Part shown: one piece after another, positions 12,457 to 25,192 of the stretch
How the letters are laid out: every line of letters begins with the position of its first letter
Numbering within the stretch: the stretch's first letter is position 1
Notes under the pieces: model-generated
What the model was told of the DNA's origin: nothing
Databases searched by the model: none
Seen by the model: the letters and a program-made list of their open reading frames with translations, nothing else
Made by a program: the position numbers and the translations under genes
Source of the DNA: Vicugna vicugna
Taxonomy: Eukaryota
DNA: 64,000 nucleotides
Reading direction: 5' to 3'
NCBI GenBank assembly: GCA_013265495.1
Contig: MU058824.1
Location: 3,251,111-3,315,110, forward strand

Positions 12457-13270
12457 TTTTTTTTAAAATAAGTAACAATTATAAATAATACCAGACTTTA
12501 AACAGGAAATTTGTGAAAGTTTCACTACATAAAGATTTTCACTCAAAGTAGACAAAATAAAGTCATCTCAAATTTGGAAGATAGCAAGTTAATAAATTTT
12601 CTCAACTGGGGCCTATCCAACCTCAGTCAGATTTCTAAATGAAGCATTGAGTTACTATGGTACATTGTACGATTGTATTTTAAAAGGATAGGTCCAGTTG
12701 CGTTTTTTCTATTTTTAATTCCTCCTCTTCATTTACAGTATCAGCAGCAGCTTTTTATTTCCCAGGTACTCAACTCCGTCAATAAAATCTTCAAATTGCA
12801 GCTCAGGGAATAGACTATGTGCCCAGTGTTCCATGTGTCTACTTACCGTCTTTTAAGTCTTCAGCCTCATGACCTTTCAATTTTGTCTTATCAAGTGAAG
12901 GAAGCCCTCTCTCCGAAATTCATCTCTGAGCATTCAGCTTCGGTATGTTCCTGCCAACTGTTCTCCCTGGCGGTGCGGGCACTGGCGCTCCTCTCCCTGA
13001 CGCTCCATCAGGCTCAGCTTCTTCGGCCGTCTTCTCTCTCCGGAGCGGCTGGCTTTCCTCCCTTTCTGGACACTCATTCTGGATCTCCTTTGCAGATCCG
13101 TCTTTCTCTCACCTGGTCAGTAAGTATCAAAGACTTCATGTTAGAGCCTCTCACGCAGACCGCGGCGACCACCGCATGGGGCTGTGCTCGGTGCGACAGG
13201 GAAACCGCGCTTTTTGCGACACTCTCGCGAGAAAAGCCCTCGGCGTTTGGCCTTTAGTTCTTCCCGCGCC
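12457..13270 (-). pseudogene. TIPIN: Processed TIPIN (TIMELESS-interacting protein) pseudogene, internally deleted
   Basis: Minus strand 13052->12613 reads [64 protein letters not shown]/..[52 protein letters not shown], matching the recalled TIPIN Swi3 domain and C-terminus. Intronless, with an in-frame stop at 12920-12922 and frameshifts. A8 tail at 12457-12464. Degenerate TSD AATTTCAAGTT (12445-12455) / AATTTCAGGTT (13274-13284). Confidence 0.92.
13223..13232. promoter_or_regulatory. TCTCGCGAGA palindrome (BANP/CGCG element) in the retrocopy 5' end
   Basis: Exact 10-bp motif in a CpG-rich segment. Function here is untested. Confidence 0.55.
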
Positions 13271-13569
13271 TGTAATTTCAGGTTACCCTACAACAAGCTT
13301 TGATACGATCCCCCAAAATCAACTTACTTAACAACAAACATTTACTTAGGAAATTCTTACTGAATAATTCCAATTTGCTAGGCACTGTGCTAGCATCAGG
13401 GATAAAAAAAATTCGTAAGACGACTCCCATCCTTTTTCAGTGGAGAGGGAGGGCACATACACAACGGCCAGATGTTGTGCTAAGGACTTGGACACTTTGA
13501 CGGGAGTAGGAGCAGGTCTTGTAGACACAGAAACAGCAGCTAAGCCAGCACAGGAGAGATAGTGGAGGT

Positions 13570-16500
13570 TTTTAATTTTATTTATTTAAATTTTTTTTCT
13601 TTCAGTTTTACTGAGGTATAATTGACATACAGCACTGTGTTAAGTTTAAGGTGTACAGCATAATGGTTATCATAGTAAGTTTAGTGGACATCATGAAATG
13701 ACTATCATAGTAAGTTTAGTGAACATCCATCATCACATATAGACACAAAATTACAGAAATGGAAACAAATATTTTTCCATCTGATGAGAACTCTGGATTT
13801 ACTCTTAACAACTTTCATATATCATATACAGCAGTATTATATTTATCATGGTGTACATTACATTCACAGTATTTATTTATTTTATAACTGGAAGTTTGTA
13901 CCTTTTGACTGCCTTCATCCAATTCTTCCCCCTCCACACCCTACCTCTGGTAACCACAAATCAGATCACTTTTCCTATGAGTTGATTTGTTTGTTTTTCC
14001 TATGAGTTGTTTTGAAGTATAGTTGATCTGCGACACTATGTTAGTTCCTGTTATACAACATAGTGATTCTATATTTTTATATGTTTCAAAATGATCGCCA
14101 CAATAAGTGATCTGTTCACCAAAGATATTTTCTCAATTTCTCTTTCTGATAGATCATTGTTATAGAAATGCAATAGATTTCTGCATATTAATTTTGAATT
14201 CTGCAGCTTTATTGATGAGTTCTAGTAGTTTTTTGTGGCATCTTTAGAATTTTCAATATATATCAGCTGCAAACAAAGGCAGTTTTACTTCTTCCTGTCC
14301 AATTTGGATTCCTTTTGTTTCTTTTACTTGTCTGATTGCTGTGGCTAGGACTTCCAGTACTATGTTGAATAAGCGCAGTGACAGTGAACATCCTCATCTT
14401 GTTCCTGATCTTGGAGAAAATGCTTTCAAGCTCTTCACTGTTGAGTATGATGTTAGCTGTGGGCTTGTCAAAGTGGCCTTTATTATGTTGAGGTATGTTC
14501 CCTCTATATTCACTTTGTTAAGAGTTTTTATCATAAATGGATGCTGATTTTTTTCAGAAGTTTTTTCTGCATCAATTGAGATGATTATATAATTTTTATT
14601 CTTTAATTTTTAAAATATGGTGTATCACATTGATTGATTTCCAGATACTTAACCATGCTTGCATTCCTGGGATAAATCCCACTTGACCATGGTGTACGAT
14701 CCTTTTAATGTATTGTTAGAGTTGGTTTGCTAATATTTTCTTGAGGATTTTTGCATCTATGTTCATCAGTGATATTTGCCTATAATTTTCTTTTTGTGTG
14801 TGTGATATTTTTGTCTGGTTTTGGTGTCAGGGTGATGCTAGCCTCATAGAATGAGTTTGGAAGCATTCCTTCTGCTGTAATTTTTTGGAAGAGTTTGAGA
14901 AGGATAGGTGTTAACTTTTCTCTAAATGTTTGGTAGACTTCACCTATGAAGCCACCTGTTCCTGGACTTTCATTTGTTGGGAGTTGTTTTTATTACTGAC
15001 TCAATTGCATTACTGGTACTTGGTCTGTTCATATTTTCTATTTCTTCCTGGTTCAGTCTTGGGAGATTGTACATTACTAGGAATTTGTCCATTTCTTCTA
15101 GGTTGTCTGTTTTATTGGCATATAATTGTTCATAGTAATCTCTTATGATCCTTTGTATTTCTGTGCTGTCAGTTATAACTTCTTTATCATTTCTGATTTT
15201 ATTGATTTGGGCCCTTTCTTTTTTTCTTGATGCATCTGGCTAAAGGTTTATCAATTTTGTCTATCTTTTCAAAGAAAAAGGCTTTAGTTTCATTGATCTT
15301 TTCTATTTTTTTTAGTTTCTAGTTTCTTCTCTGATCTTTATGATTTCCTTCCTTCTGCTAATTTGGGGTTTTGTTTGTTCTTTTTCTAGTTCCTTTAGAG
15401 GTAAAGTTAGGTTGTTTATTTGTGATTTTTCTTGTTTCCTGAGAGAAGCTTGTATTGCTATAAACTTCCCTCTTAGAACTGCTTTTACACATCCCATAGA
15501 TTTTGTAGTGTATTTTTTAATTTCAGTTATTGCATTCTTCAGCTCTGTTTGGTTCTTCTTTATATTTTCTAATTCTTTGTTAAACTCCTCATTGTGTTCT
15601 TTCATCCTTCTCCTGAGTTCTTTGAGTGTCTTTATGATCGTTATCTTGAACTCTTTATCCAATAGATTACTTATCTCTACTTGGTTATTTTTCTGTGGTT
15701 TTATCTTGTTCCTTCATTAGACGTGTATTCCTCTGTTGCCTCATTTTGCCTTAGTATGCTGTTTTAATTCCTATGTATTTGGTAGGGTGGTTAAGTTTCC
15801 TGATCTTGGAGAAGTGGCCTTTTGTAGGAGATGTCCTATGAGTTCCAATACTGCAATATCTCTCATCAGAACTATAAGCTTTAGCGGTGCCCCCTGTGTG
15901 GGGTTGCATGGGCCCCTCTGTTGTGGCAGGCTGACTCCTGTGAATGTTCTCTTAGGCATGGCTGGCCCCCAGGGCAGTTGGTTGACAGGATCTGCCTGTG
16001 TGGAGGCTGCTGGTGGGCAGGGCCAGTTTATAAGGCAGCTGGCTGCAGGGCCCTGGGGCAGTTCCAGGGCTAGTGCTAGCCCACTGGTGGGCAGAGCCAG
16101 GTCCCTGGGTGATGGATGCAGGGCCATGGGTTCGGCCTATTGGCGGGCAGGGTCAATTCCTGATATGTCTGGTTGTGGGGTCTGGGGTGTCCCAGAGCGG
16201 ATGTTGGCCCACTGGTGAGTGAGGCTGGGTCCTGGGCTAGCTGGCTGAGGAACCCAAAGTGTCTTGGAGCTGGTGTCAGCCTGCTAGTGGGGAAGGCTGG
16301 GTCCCAAAGGCTGAGTGTGTGGCCTTGGTGGGCTTGGGGCTAGTGCTGGTGCCCTGGTGGGTGGGACCAGGTTCTGGGCCCTGTGGTGATGGGGCTTGGT
16401 CACAGGGCAACTGGGGGTTCAGAGGGTTCTAAGGCAGCCAGCATGATAATGGGTGGGGCAGGGTCCTGCACTAAAAAACTAGAGGCCTTCCAGAATGTAC

Positions 16501-17091
16501 TTGCCAGCACCAGTGTCCTTGTCCCCAAAATGGCTGCCACCAGCATTTATGTCCCTAGGGTGAGATCCAGTTGCCTCCTGCTTCTCTAGGAGGCTCTCCA
16601 AGATCAGCAGGTGGATCTCACCCAGGCTCCTTTCAAATTACTGCTTTCTGCTCTGGGCACCGGAGCATTGAGATTTGTGTGCACCCTCTAACAGTAGAGT
16701 CTCTATTTCCTACAGCCCTCTGGCCCACCCAAAAGTAAGCTTCGCTGACCTTCAAAGCCAAATGTTCTGGGGGCTTGCACTCCTGGTGCAGGACCCCAGG
16801 GCTAGGGAGCTCGATGTGGGGCTTGGACTCTTTGCTCCTTGGGTAGAGCCTCTGCAACTGTAATTATCTTCCCATTTGTGGGTCACCCGCCTCAGTGTGT
16901 GGGTCTTGACTTGACTATACCACATCTCCTCCCCTCCTACCCATCTCATGTGATTTCTTCTTTATGTCTTTAGAAGATGCTAGTCTTCAGGTCTTTCTCA
17001 TTAATAGCTGCTCTGTAAATAGTTGAAATTTTGGTATGCCCATGGAAGGAGGTGAGCTCAAAGTCTTCCTACTTTGCCATCTTGGACACTC
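13570..17091 (-). mobile_element. LINE-1 with 5' UTR, ORF1 start, ORF2 fragment and 3' end, carrying two large internal deletions
   Basis: ORF 15312-15662(-) joins ORF1-like [21 protein letters not shown] to ORF2-like [23 protein letters not shown]-region homology at 14130-15300, GC-rich 5' UTR at 15750-17090, T-rich tail near 13570-13600. Confidence 0.9.
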
Positions 17092-17104
17092 CTCAGTGAA
17101 GGCT

Positions 17105-17229
17105 ATTTTTTTTTAAATTGAATTATAGTCAGTTACAATGTGTCAATTTCCAGTATACAGCATAATGTTTCAGTCATACATATACATATATTCCTTATCA
17201 TAATCTTTTTCATTATAGGTTACTACAAG
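17105..17229 (-). mobile_element. Short 5'-truncated L1 3' end
   Basis: Poly-T followed by L1 3'-terminal sequence, flanked by CTCAGTGAAGGCT (17092-17104) / CTCAGTGGAGACT (17230-17242). Confidence 0.75.
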
Positions 17230-17249
17230 CTCAGTGGAGACTTTTTAAA

Positions 17250-17425
17250 AATCATCTTTTAATTTCAGAATAGTTTAAGATTTACAGCAAAGTTGCAAAG
17301 ATAGAACAGAAAGTTCCCATTTATTCCTTACCCCAGTTTCCCATAGTTTTAACATCTTATATCATTGTGGTATATTTGTTACAACCAAGGAGCCAACATT
17401 GGCACGTTACTTTTAACTAAAATAG
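17250..17425 (-). mobile_element. Old L1M 3'-end fragment
   Basis: Typical motif tttaagatttacagcaaagttgcaaagatag...ccccagtttccc. Confidence 0.65.
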
Positions 17426-19269
17426 TAGAGAGACATTCTGAAGGAAGTGACATTGGGGCTAAGGTGATTTCTGAATGACAGCAGGAGTTAGCCAGATGAA
17501 GAGGTAGGAAAAAGAATTTTAATCATAAAGAAAAGCACGTGCAAAAGACTCAGAACTAAGATTTTGGTGAGTTCAGGTAACAGCCAGTAGCAGGAGCTAG
17601 AACTTAAACCTGACCCTCTCTCCAAAGCCCATGCTTTTTCTCCTGCAGCCACACTGCCTCTCCTAAATACTTCCCACAGCTGGCCTTCATTCCACAGGGC
17701 AAAAGCCAGGAACTAGAATGGGTGGTCAGGGAATTCTATCCACCACTGTGAGAGACCTGAGGGAATAGGTAGATAATCCAGGCACACACTTCTTGTTTAC
17801 GGACAGTCTCTGAGTAAGAAATAAAGAGTCTCTGGCTTTGAGTCCAGAGGCCCTTGCCAGGGACCCAGTATGTCCCCTTTGGTTCAGGGGCATTGTGGGG
17901 AGGGGTGGGGATGTAGGGCCAGAGAGCTCAGAGTAAATCAGTTCATCATTGCTAACTAGAAAAGAGAAAGCTGTGGGTAAAGGAAAACTGGAAAGTTTTA
18001 GGAAAATGTTGCAAAAGTTGTTTTTATCCTGGAGAAAAAAAGTATCAAGGAAGACCCAAGATGCCTTTACATGCCATGACGAAGAATAATCAGATTTGCC
18101 CTTGCCATTCTGAAGGACATTACTGGGATGAGTGAGATTATGGTATAGAGAAGCATACTGTGGCTCTAACAAGAAGGGCTGCATATCCAAGGTTGGATGG
18201 AACTGCCCAGTAAAGTGAGCATCACTGGAGATGCTCCAGCAGAAGCAGGGATGTTGGAGGTGGGGGGCCAAGCATCAGAGAAGGCTGGGATGGACTTTCA
18301 GGCCATTCCAGACCTGAGATTTGGAGATCCTCTGGAAAAAAATGGTTAGGATAAGGTTTCACATATTAAGGCCTGGCCTTTTTTCTCCCCAGATGAATTC
18401 TAAATATTATGTAATGGGAAGATCGGTATGTTCCTTCATTCACAATTTGTATAAACAACATAAGCAATTCAACTTTGATACACAAGAGCAAAATGTATTC
18501 CTTCCTTTAGGGAGCTCTGTGATTTTTCTCAGATGAGAAAATGTGCTTGTGGGTATCTACTTGTTGGCTCTGATTGCACAGGTGTGTCATCCTGAGAATC
18601 CCGGGGACAGGGTGTGGAGAATGGATACTAGTGGCCTTATCTTTCTTTCCTGCAGAGGATAAAAATAAGGAGATCATTTCCTTTTGCAAAGGTCTCCAGA
18701 CATGGGATGAGAGCAAGTCTAACAGTGTGGGAAGTGGATCATTGAATCAATAAAAGATTCTTTCTTCCCTTCTTCCTCTTTCTTTCAATTGATATTAATT
18801 AAGCTCCTGTTATATGACAGGCACTGCATTTCTACTGAAAGGCAAGAAACTATATCCAGCTGTGTATAAGCACATTTCCCCAACATATACTCGGTGTGTC
18901 TTTGTGTAATGGAGGTGGGGTGGGAATGGTGGCAAAATCAACTGTCTAACCTTGGGAAGGAGATGGCTGGTAATCATTACATACTCTAAATAATGTTAGT
19001 GCAAGCTAAGCTCTTGAGTACATTTTACTTTTCCTGATGCAAAATAATAAAAACTTACAGTACAAGGAAGAAAATCTCTTCAGAAAACAAAGTTTCCCAT
19101 CCCTTGTTTGGAGTTCCCAGAGGTCTGGAGATCTGACACATACAGTCTTGGCCAGAGAATGCTTTTTCCCTTAGAAGAATAAAAAGAGGGTCACTGGGAA
19201 AAACTGAGAACTCTGAATTTAAGGTAATAATTATAATGATCGAAAAAAAAATTTAAGGGTGCATTAAGA

Positions 19270-19690
19270 TTGTGTTACAGGAATGTTCCTTGGAGTATTA
19301 TTTATAGGGAAAATATGGAAGCAACCTAAATGCTCAAAGGCAGAGGTTAATTAACAAAATAATGGTACATCCATATAAAGAATATCATAGACCCATCACT
19401 AATGATGTTTAGAAAAATATTTAAAGATATAGGAAGATAGTCAATATAAGTTAAATGGAAAATGCAAGTTAAAATAGCATGTACTATATGATCCATTTTG
19501 GCTAAAAATATATAAGTAAGTGTATATATTTATGCAAAGAAAGAGAGAGATAGAGAGCTATGTATGTATATGATAGAAGAAGAAAAAGCTGAAAGGATTA
19601 GCACCAATGTCATTAGTGGTTGTGGGATCATGGGGGATTGTTATTTTCTTTGTTTTTCCAGTTCTGTATTTTCTAAATTTTATAATAATA
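19270..19690 (+). mobile_element. Ancient L1M (L1ME-like) 3' fragment
   Basis: Motifs ggaagcaacctaaatg..., aatggtacatccat..., tatgatccatttt. Confidence 0.6.
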
Positions 19691-22600
19691 ATAATGTAAA
19701 TATGTTTAATAAATTAATATTTAACAATAATTTATAAATAATATTTATAATAATAAACGTACTTTTGTGAAAAAAGTTATTAGAAGTATAAGATGGTTTA
19801 ATATAATTCTATTGCTAAAAATAAGTTAAAGCAAGTAAATCTTAAATTTCATCTTTTAACTTTGCCTATGATACATTAAAATTATTTAAATGATTTTTAT
19901 TTGGCCAAACAAAAACAAGTTGTACTAAAACAAAGAGAAATAAGTAACTGTAAAAATATGTAGATTTTGGGGGTAAATTTCTTTTGCAGTTTCCTTTCAG
20001 TCTAATATACAAAGCTGCCAATTTTTTAATTCTAAAGTTTAGCAGATATGAAGTTTATTCATTCATTCATTCACTCAGGGGGTAGTTACCATGAGTTTTC
20101 ACCATGTATAAATACCTGACCTCAATTGTTTGAAGGCTTAAAGTACGTGTTGCTTGTACTTCAGGTGCTTACAGCCTACTTGGAAAGAGATCAACAAAGT
20201 CCAGACAGCAAAGTCCTAAAAATTAGACAGAGAACAGGGTATTATAGAAACCAAATGCCAGTGAGGTAAAAGTTACCAAAATTCTACTCATCCTTTGAGG
20301 TTTAAAAGGTCCCTCTTCTGGAAGATGTCTCTTGCTGGGCAGGGTCATCCCATCTGCTGAGTGAGGACTCTGGCTAGCATCTGTCACAGAGCAACTCTTA
20401 TTGAAGTCCCAGTGTCCTTTCCTTGTCCTGATCTTGGTTTCCTTCTTCTTGGGTCCAGAGTGGACTTCAGAGTCAAGTTTATTTGGGGAACACCAGACCA
20501 CATTCATCTCCTGAAGGAATGAGGAAGGAGAGGTGTGAAGCTAGATAATCATGCAGCCCAATGAACTACTGGGGATGGGGAGGAGGGCTGTCCTCAGCCT
20601 GTTGATGAGTGGCAGACACCCCTTATCCTGTCCCTTCCAAACTGGGCTTCAACAACATCCTTCTCTTCCAGTCCGTATCCCTGAGAGGAGGATTATCCAT
20701 GAGAATATCCACAAAGTCTCAAAGCTGCAAGGTATGATGGGGAAAAGTGCTGAACTGGGGCCTCTGAGACCCACCCTAGCCCCAGCTTTCTCTGCCTGTA
20801 ACTAGCTTCCTTCTGGACCTCAGTTTTCTCATCTGTCAAATGAAGGGGTTGAACTGTTCAATACATGTGCCCTATAAATTAGAAACTACCAAGTTCCTGT
20901 GATTATATGCTAGAAATATTCCCCAATTGTGAGTCATCTGTCAATCACTGATCTTGCAAATACAAATTCCTCCCCAATGATAGAAATCAAAACACTTAAT
21001 TCTCTTATAGGTAGGTTTTACACACTGAACCCTTGTGTGCAGTACTGTCTGGGAAGTTGAGGCAAAGGAAATAAATGGCTACTGAATTCCTGCTGGGATT
21101 GAAATGGAAAACAAGACAGGCTATGACATCAGCTACCATTTCCTCTGTGATCAGACTAAATAATACAAATATCCAATATTAAATTACACGTGCATACTTT
21201 TTATTTTTGCCTTTCAATGGCAAATCACAGGGAATTCTTTGCTTTTAGCCTTTAGTGCAAGGTTATGAGGGAAGAACAGGAAAGATGAACACAGAATTTC
21301 AGCATTTTAGAGCTGCAAGTGATTGTAAAGATTAGACTGAACCCCTTCTTCATTCCAATGAGGAACAAAATGAGAGGTCCAAGATGTGAAACAGCTCACT
21401 CCAGTACTGACTTCCTGAAGTATGTTCTCTCAATTTGCCTCACCTAAGCCAGTCAAAACTGGACAGTAGCACCACCAATATGCTAAATAAACAAACAAAC
21501 AAACAAACATCACTAAAAGAAAAGACAAAGTACCTAACCTCTTTCAATGTTTCCTCCATTACCACTAGAGGAGCCATGCAAGGGGAAGAGTTCATCAGGA
21601 TGAACATTTCTGAAACAGGAACAGTTCACCTCCTAGATAACGTCCAGAACCGGTTCCTCACCCCAAGACACAGCTGCGCCATATTTCCACCTACTACTTT
21701 ACTGTCTCCCTACAGGGCAGGCAAGCCCCAGACCTTTCTACGAGAATTGTTATGAGAATAATCTTGCCCTTTAACAAATCAGCCATTTACAACCACATCA
21801 TTGAACAAACAGGTTTTTATACTGGATGAATAAAATTCAAATGTTAAAAATCTGTGCTTTTCACTTAGAAATATGATTTTCTGTTAATTTCTCCCCTCTC
21901 TGGTTCCCTGTGAATCCAGGCAAGTTACTCAAGAGCATCTTAGTTTAAAAAAAAGCAACAAAAAACTGATGGTTCCATATGAGAACTGTTTATCTAAACT
22001 CAAGTCAGCATTGGAGATCTAAGTTACTGGAATCACATAAAAAGTCATTCCTTGCCAATCTGTTTTGCCTCACTGTTCAAATAGATGAGAGATGCCTTAT
22101 TGTTACATTTTTCCTACCACGGAAGACACACACACTGGTTGTTTCAATGTCTCATTACATTTCATAATATTTTGATAACCATACACTCCAGACCAGAAGG
22201 TCCTAGATGACACAATTAGAATTCAAATGCATAGACTATTAGAACTGAAAGGGACTCTCAGGAACGTCTAATCATTTAATTGTATCTCCTCCCTTTACAA
22301 TTAAAGAAACAGAGTTGTGGTGAAACAGAGACTTGCCCCTCATCACATGGCTAGATTAATGGCAGTGCCAGACCTAGAGGCTGTATCTCCAGTCTTCTTG
22401 TTCCAGTTCTTTCCTCAACCCCCAGTGCTTTCCAGCATCAGTGCAGGCTTTCTAAACAATCTCAAAGGCATGGATGGAGCTGTTCCTTGGGAGTCAGCCC
22501 CTTCCATCCCAGAGCTGCCTCTGCTATTCCACTGCATGAATTAGATGCAAGAGGTTACTAAAGCCTGAATAGGCAGATGAGTTCCCTTTCTTGACCAAGG

Positions 22601-23589
22601 TGTTACATTCTGTCAATCAGGAAGGTGGGCCACAATACCTAGTTATCAGTTGCTCCCATAGTAAATTACTGTTCTAATTTATCTAAAACCCATTTTTGCT
22701 ATGCAATGGGCAGTCAAGAAGGAGCATTCTGGTTTTGAATAATGTGAGCAATTTAGTCATCTGGTTTGTGTCTAAGAATTATGTGTGGCTAGTTGGCATG
22801 CATAATTTGGGGCAGCAGCCTTCTAACAACTGTTTTGATGATTCTGTGACAGGAAATCTGTTTGCATTAAATTCCTGCCTTCTGGCTCCAGGGATGCCCA
22901 TCCAAGTAGGCACTAACTGCTAATAAAGACTAACAGAGGAACAGTAGGGTGCAGGGGAAAGAGAATTCAACTTGACATTGTAATTACTTGCATTAGAACT
23001 CTGACTCTGCCCAGATTCTAGCTAAAAGACTTTAAGCATTACACTTGGTTTCTAAGCCTCTCTGTCCTCAGCTGTAAAATGCTGAGCAGATCTAAACATG
23101 ATTCATACATACTGTATTACTGGGCCAATACTATAATTTGTGATGATCGGTTGACTCCAGAAATGAGAAGACAACAATAAATACTAAACACTCTGTGTCT
23201 GGGATCCTATCAATCTAACTAGGTATAAAACCCCGCTCAGCATTCACTAGTTGTGTAATCTTGAACAAGTTTCATCATTTTCGTCTTTTTGTTTTATCAT
23301 AAAAAATTTCAAAAATACTCAAAATAGGAAGACTAAAATAACTAATTTAAATGAGAGACTGATCATCACTAAGAAATTTTCAATTTTCCTAATATCGTTT
23401 CATCTTTCCTAACACTTGTCCCCCCGCCCTGAGGTATTTTAAAGCATATTTGGCAAGCTGTTATTTTAAAGATCTCTGTGCTTCCATTTTCCCATCTAGG
23501 TAATGGAGATTATAATACAGAATTCATGGGGCAGAACTGTACTGAGTATTCAGTAAATGTTAGCTATTACTATTTATTGTGGTACCTCT

Positions 23590-24220
<631 letters not shown>

Positions 24221-25192
24221 CACTGTCTTAAAGAGCCTTTGAATTGAAAGAGCCTCAGGGGTTGTCCCCCGAATAACTCCCTCGTTTTTAAGAGAAGCTG
24301 ATATCTTGAGTGGAGAAATGGCTGACTCAAGGTCATACAGCGATTCGGTGAATGATCTTGACCTGGAATCCAGAGTTCTTAACTCACTGCCAAGTTTCCT
24401 TCCGTCACTGCTAATCTTTGAAGTCCAAAAGGTTTTGTTCCTTTTGATTGTACAGAGGGTGAAGTAAATAATTTCGTTTTGTTGTTGTTAGGAATGAGAA
24501 GAAAAGGATATGAGTCTATAAGATTAATGATACTGCCTGAAGGTTTATTTGATTTTTACATTTGGTAGAAACTATTTCCATTACTTCATCTTGACGATAG
24601 CCCTTTGAGAGAGGCAGGGCCTAAGACTCTGTATATCCCCTTTGCAAATGAGAACTCTGCTTTCAGAGGGGACTTATGCAAGGAATCAGAATTACAGGCA
24701 CACAGTATTAGAGCTGGATGCAGTTTTGTAGATCAGTTCTCTAATTTTGCTGACAGGCATCTCAGAAGTGATTTGCCCTTGTCGCCTCATTTTTCAGCTC
24801 ATATTCTTTTACGTATTCCTTACTGTATGTTGTTGACAGGTCTTGATGGAAAGGCAGGAATGATTCAAATAAGTAAAGGTCATACCAAGGTCATCTCATA
24901 GAAGGCTCATGCTGGGCCTTCGGCCTGATCTCATTGAGGTCTGATCTCCCTTAATCTGCCCCATTCCTGTCTGTGGTAATACTCTGCTTCCCCAGGAGAG
25001 GGAGCCCTGGTAAACGGAAACTCCGAAATCGTCCTCCAACAGATTTTTGCAACTCCCAACTTTACATATTTCCTTCTTTAACCTTTTTTTGGTTGACTTC
25101 AGCTGCCAGTAGAATATTTGCTTCTTCTCAGTGACCTTTGTATTTGATATGAATCGGTTTTTAAAAAAACATACAGAACAGTGTTCCTTACC

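Noticed and set aside
12817..13331. Plus-strand ORFs of 146 and 128 aa
   Set aside because: Antisense shadows of the GC-rich TIPIN pseudogene, with no independent coding evidence.
17726..18271. 181-aa minus-strand ORF
   Set aside because: Non-ATG start, overlaps an L3/CR1 relic and resembles no protein I recognise.
19680..19760. Extremely AT-rich stretch
   Set aside because: Low-complexity tail of an old L1 fragment.
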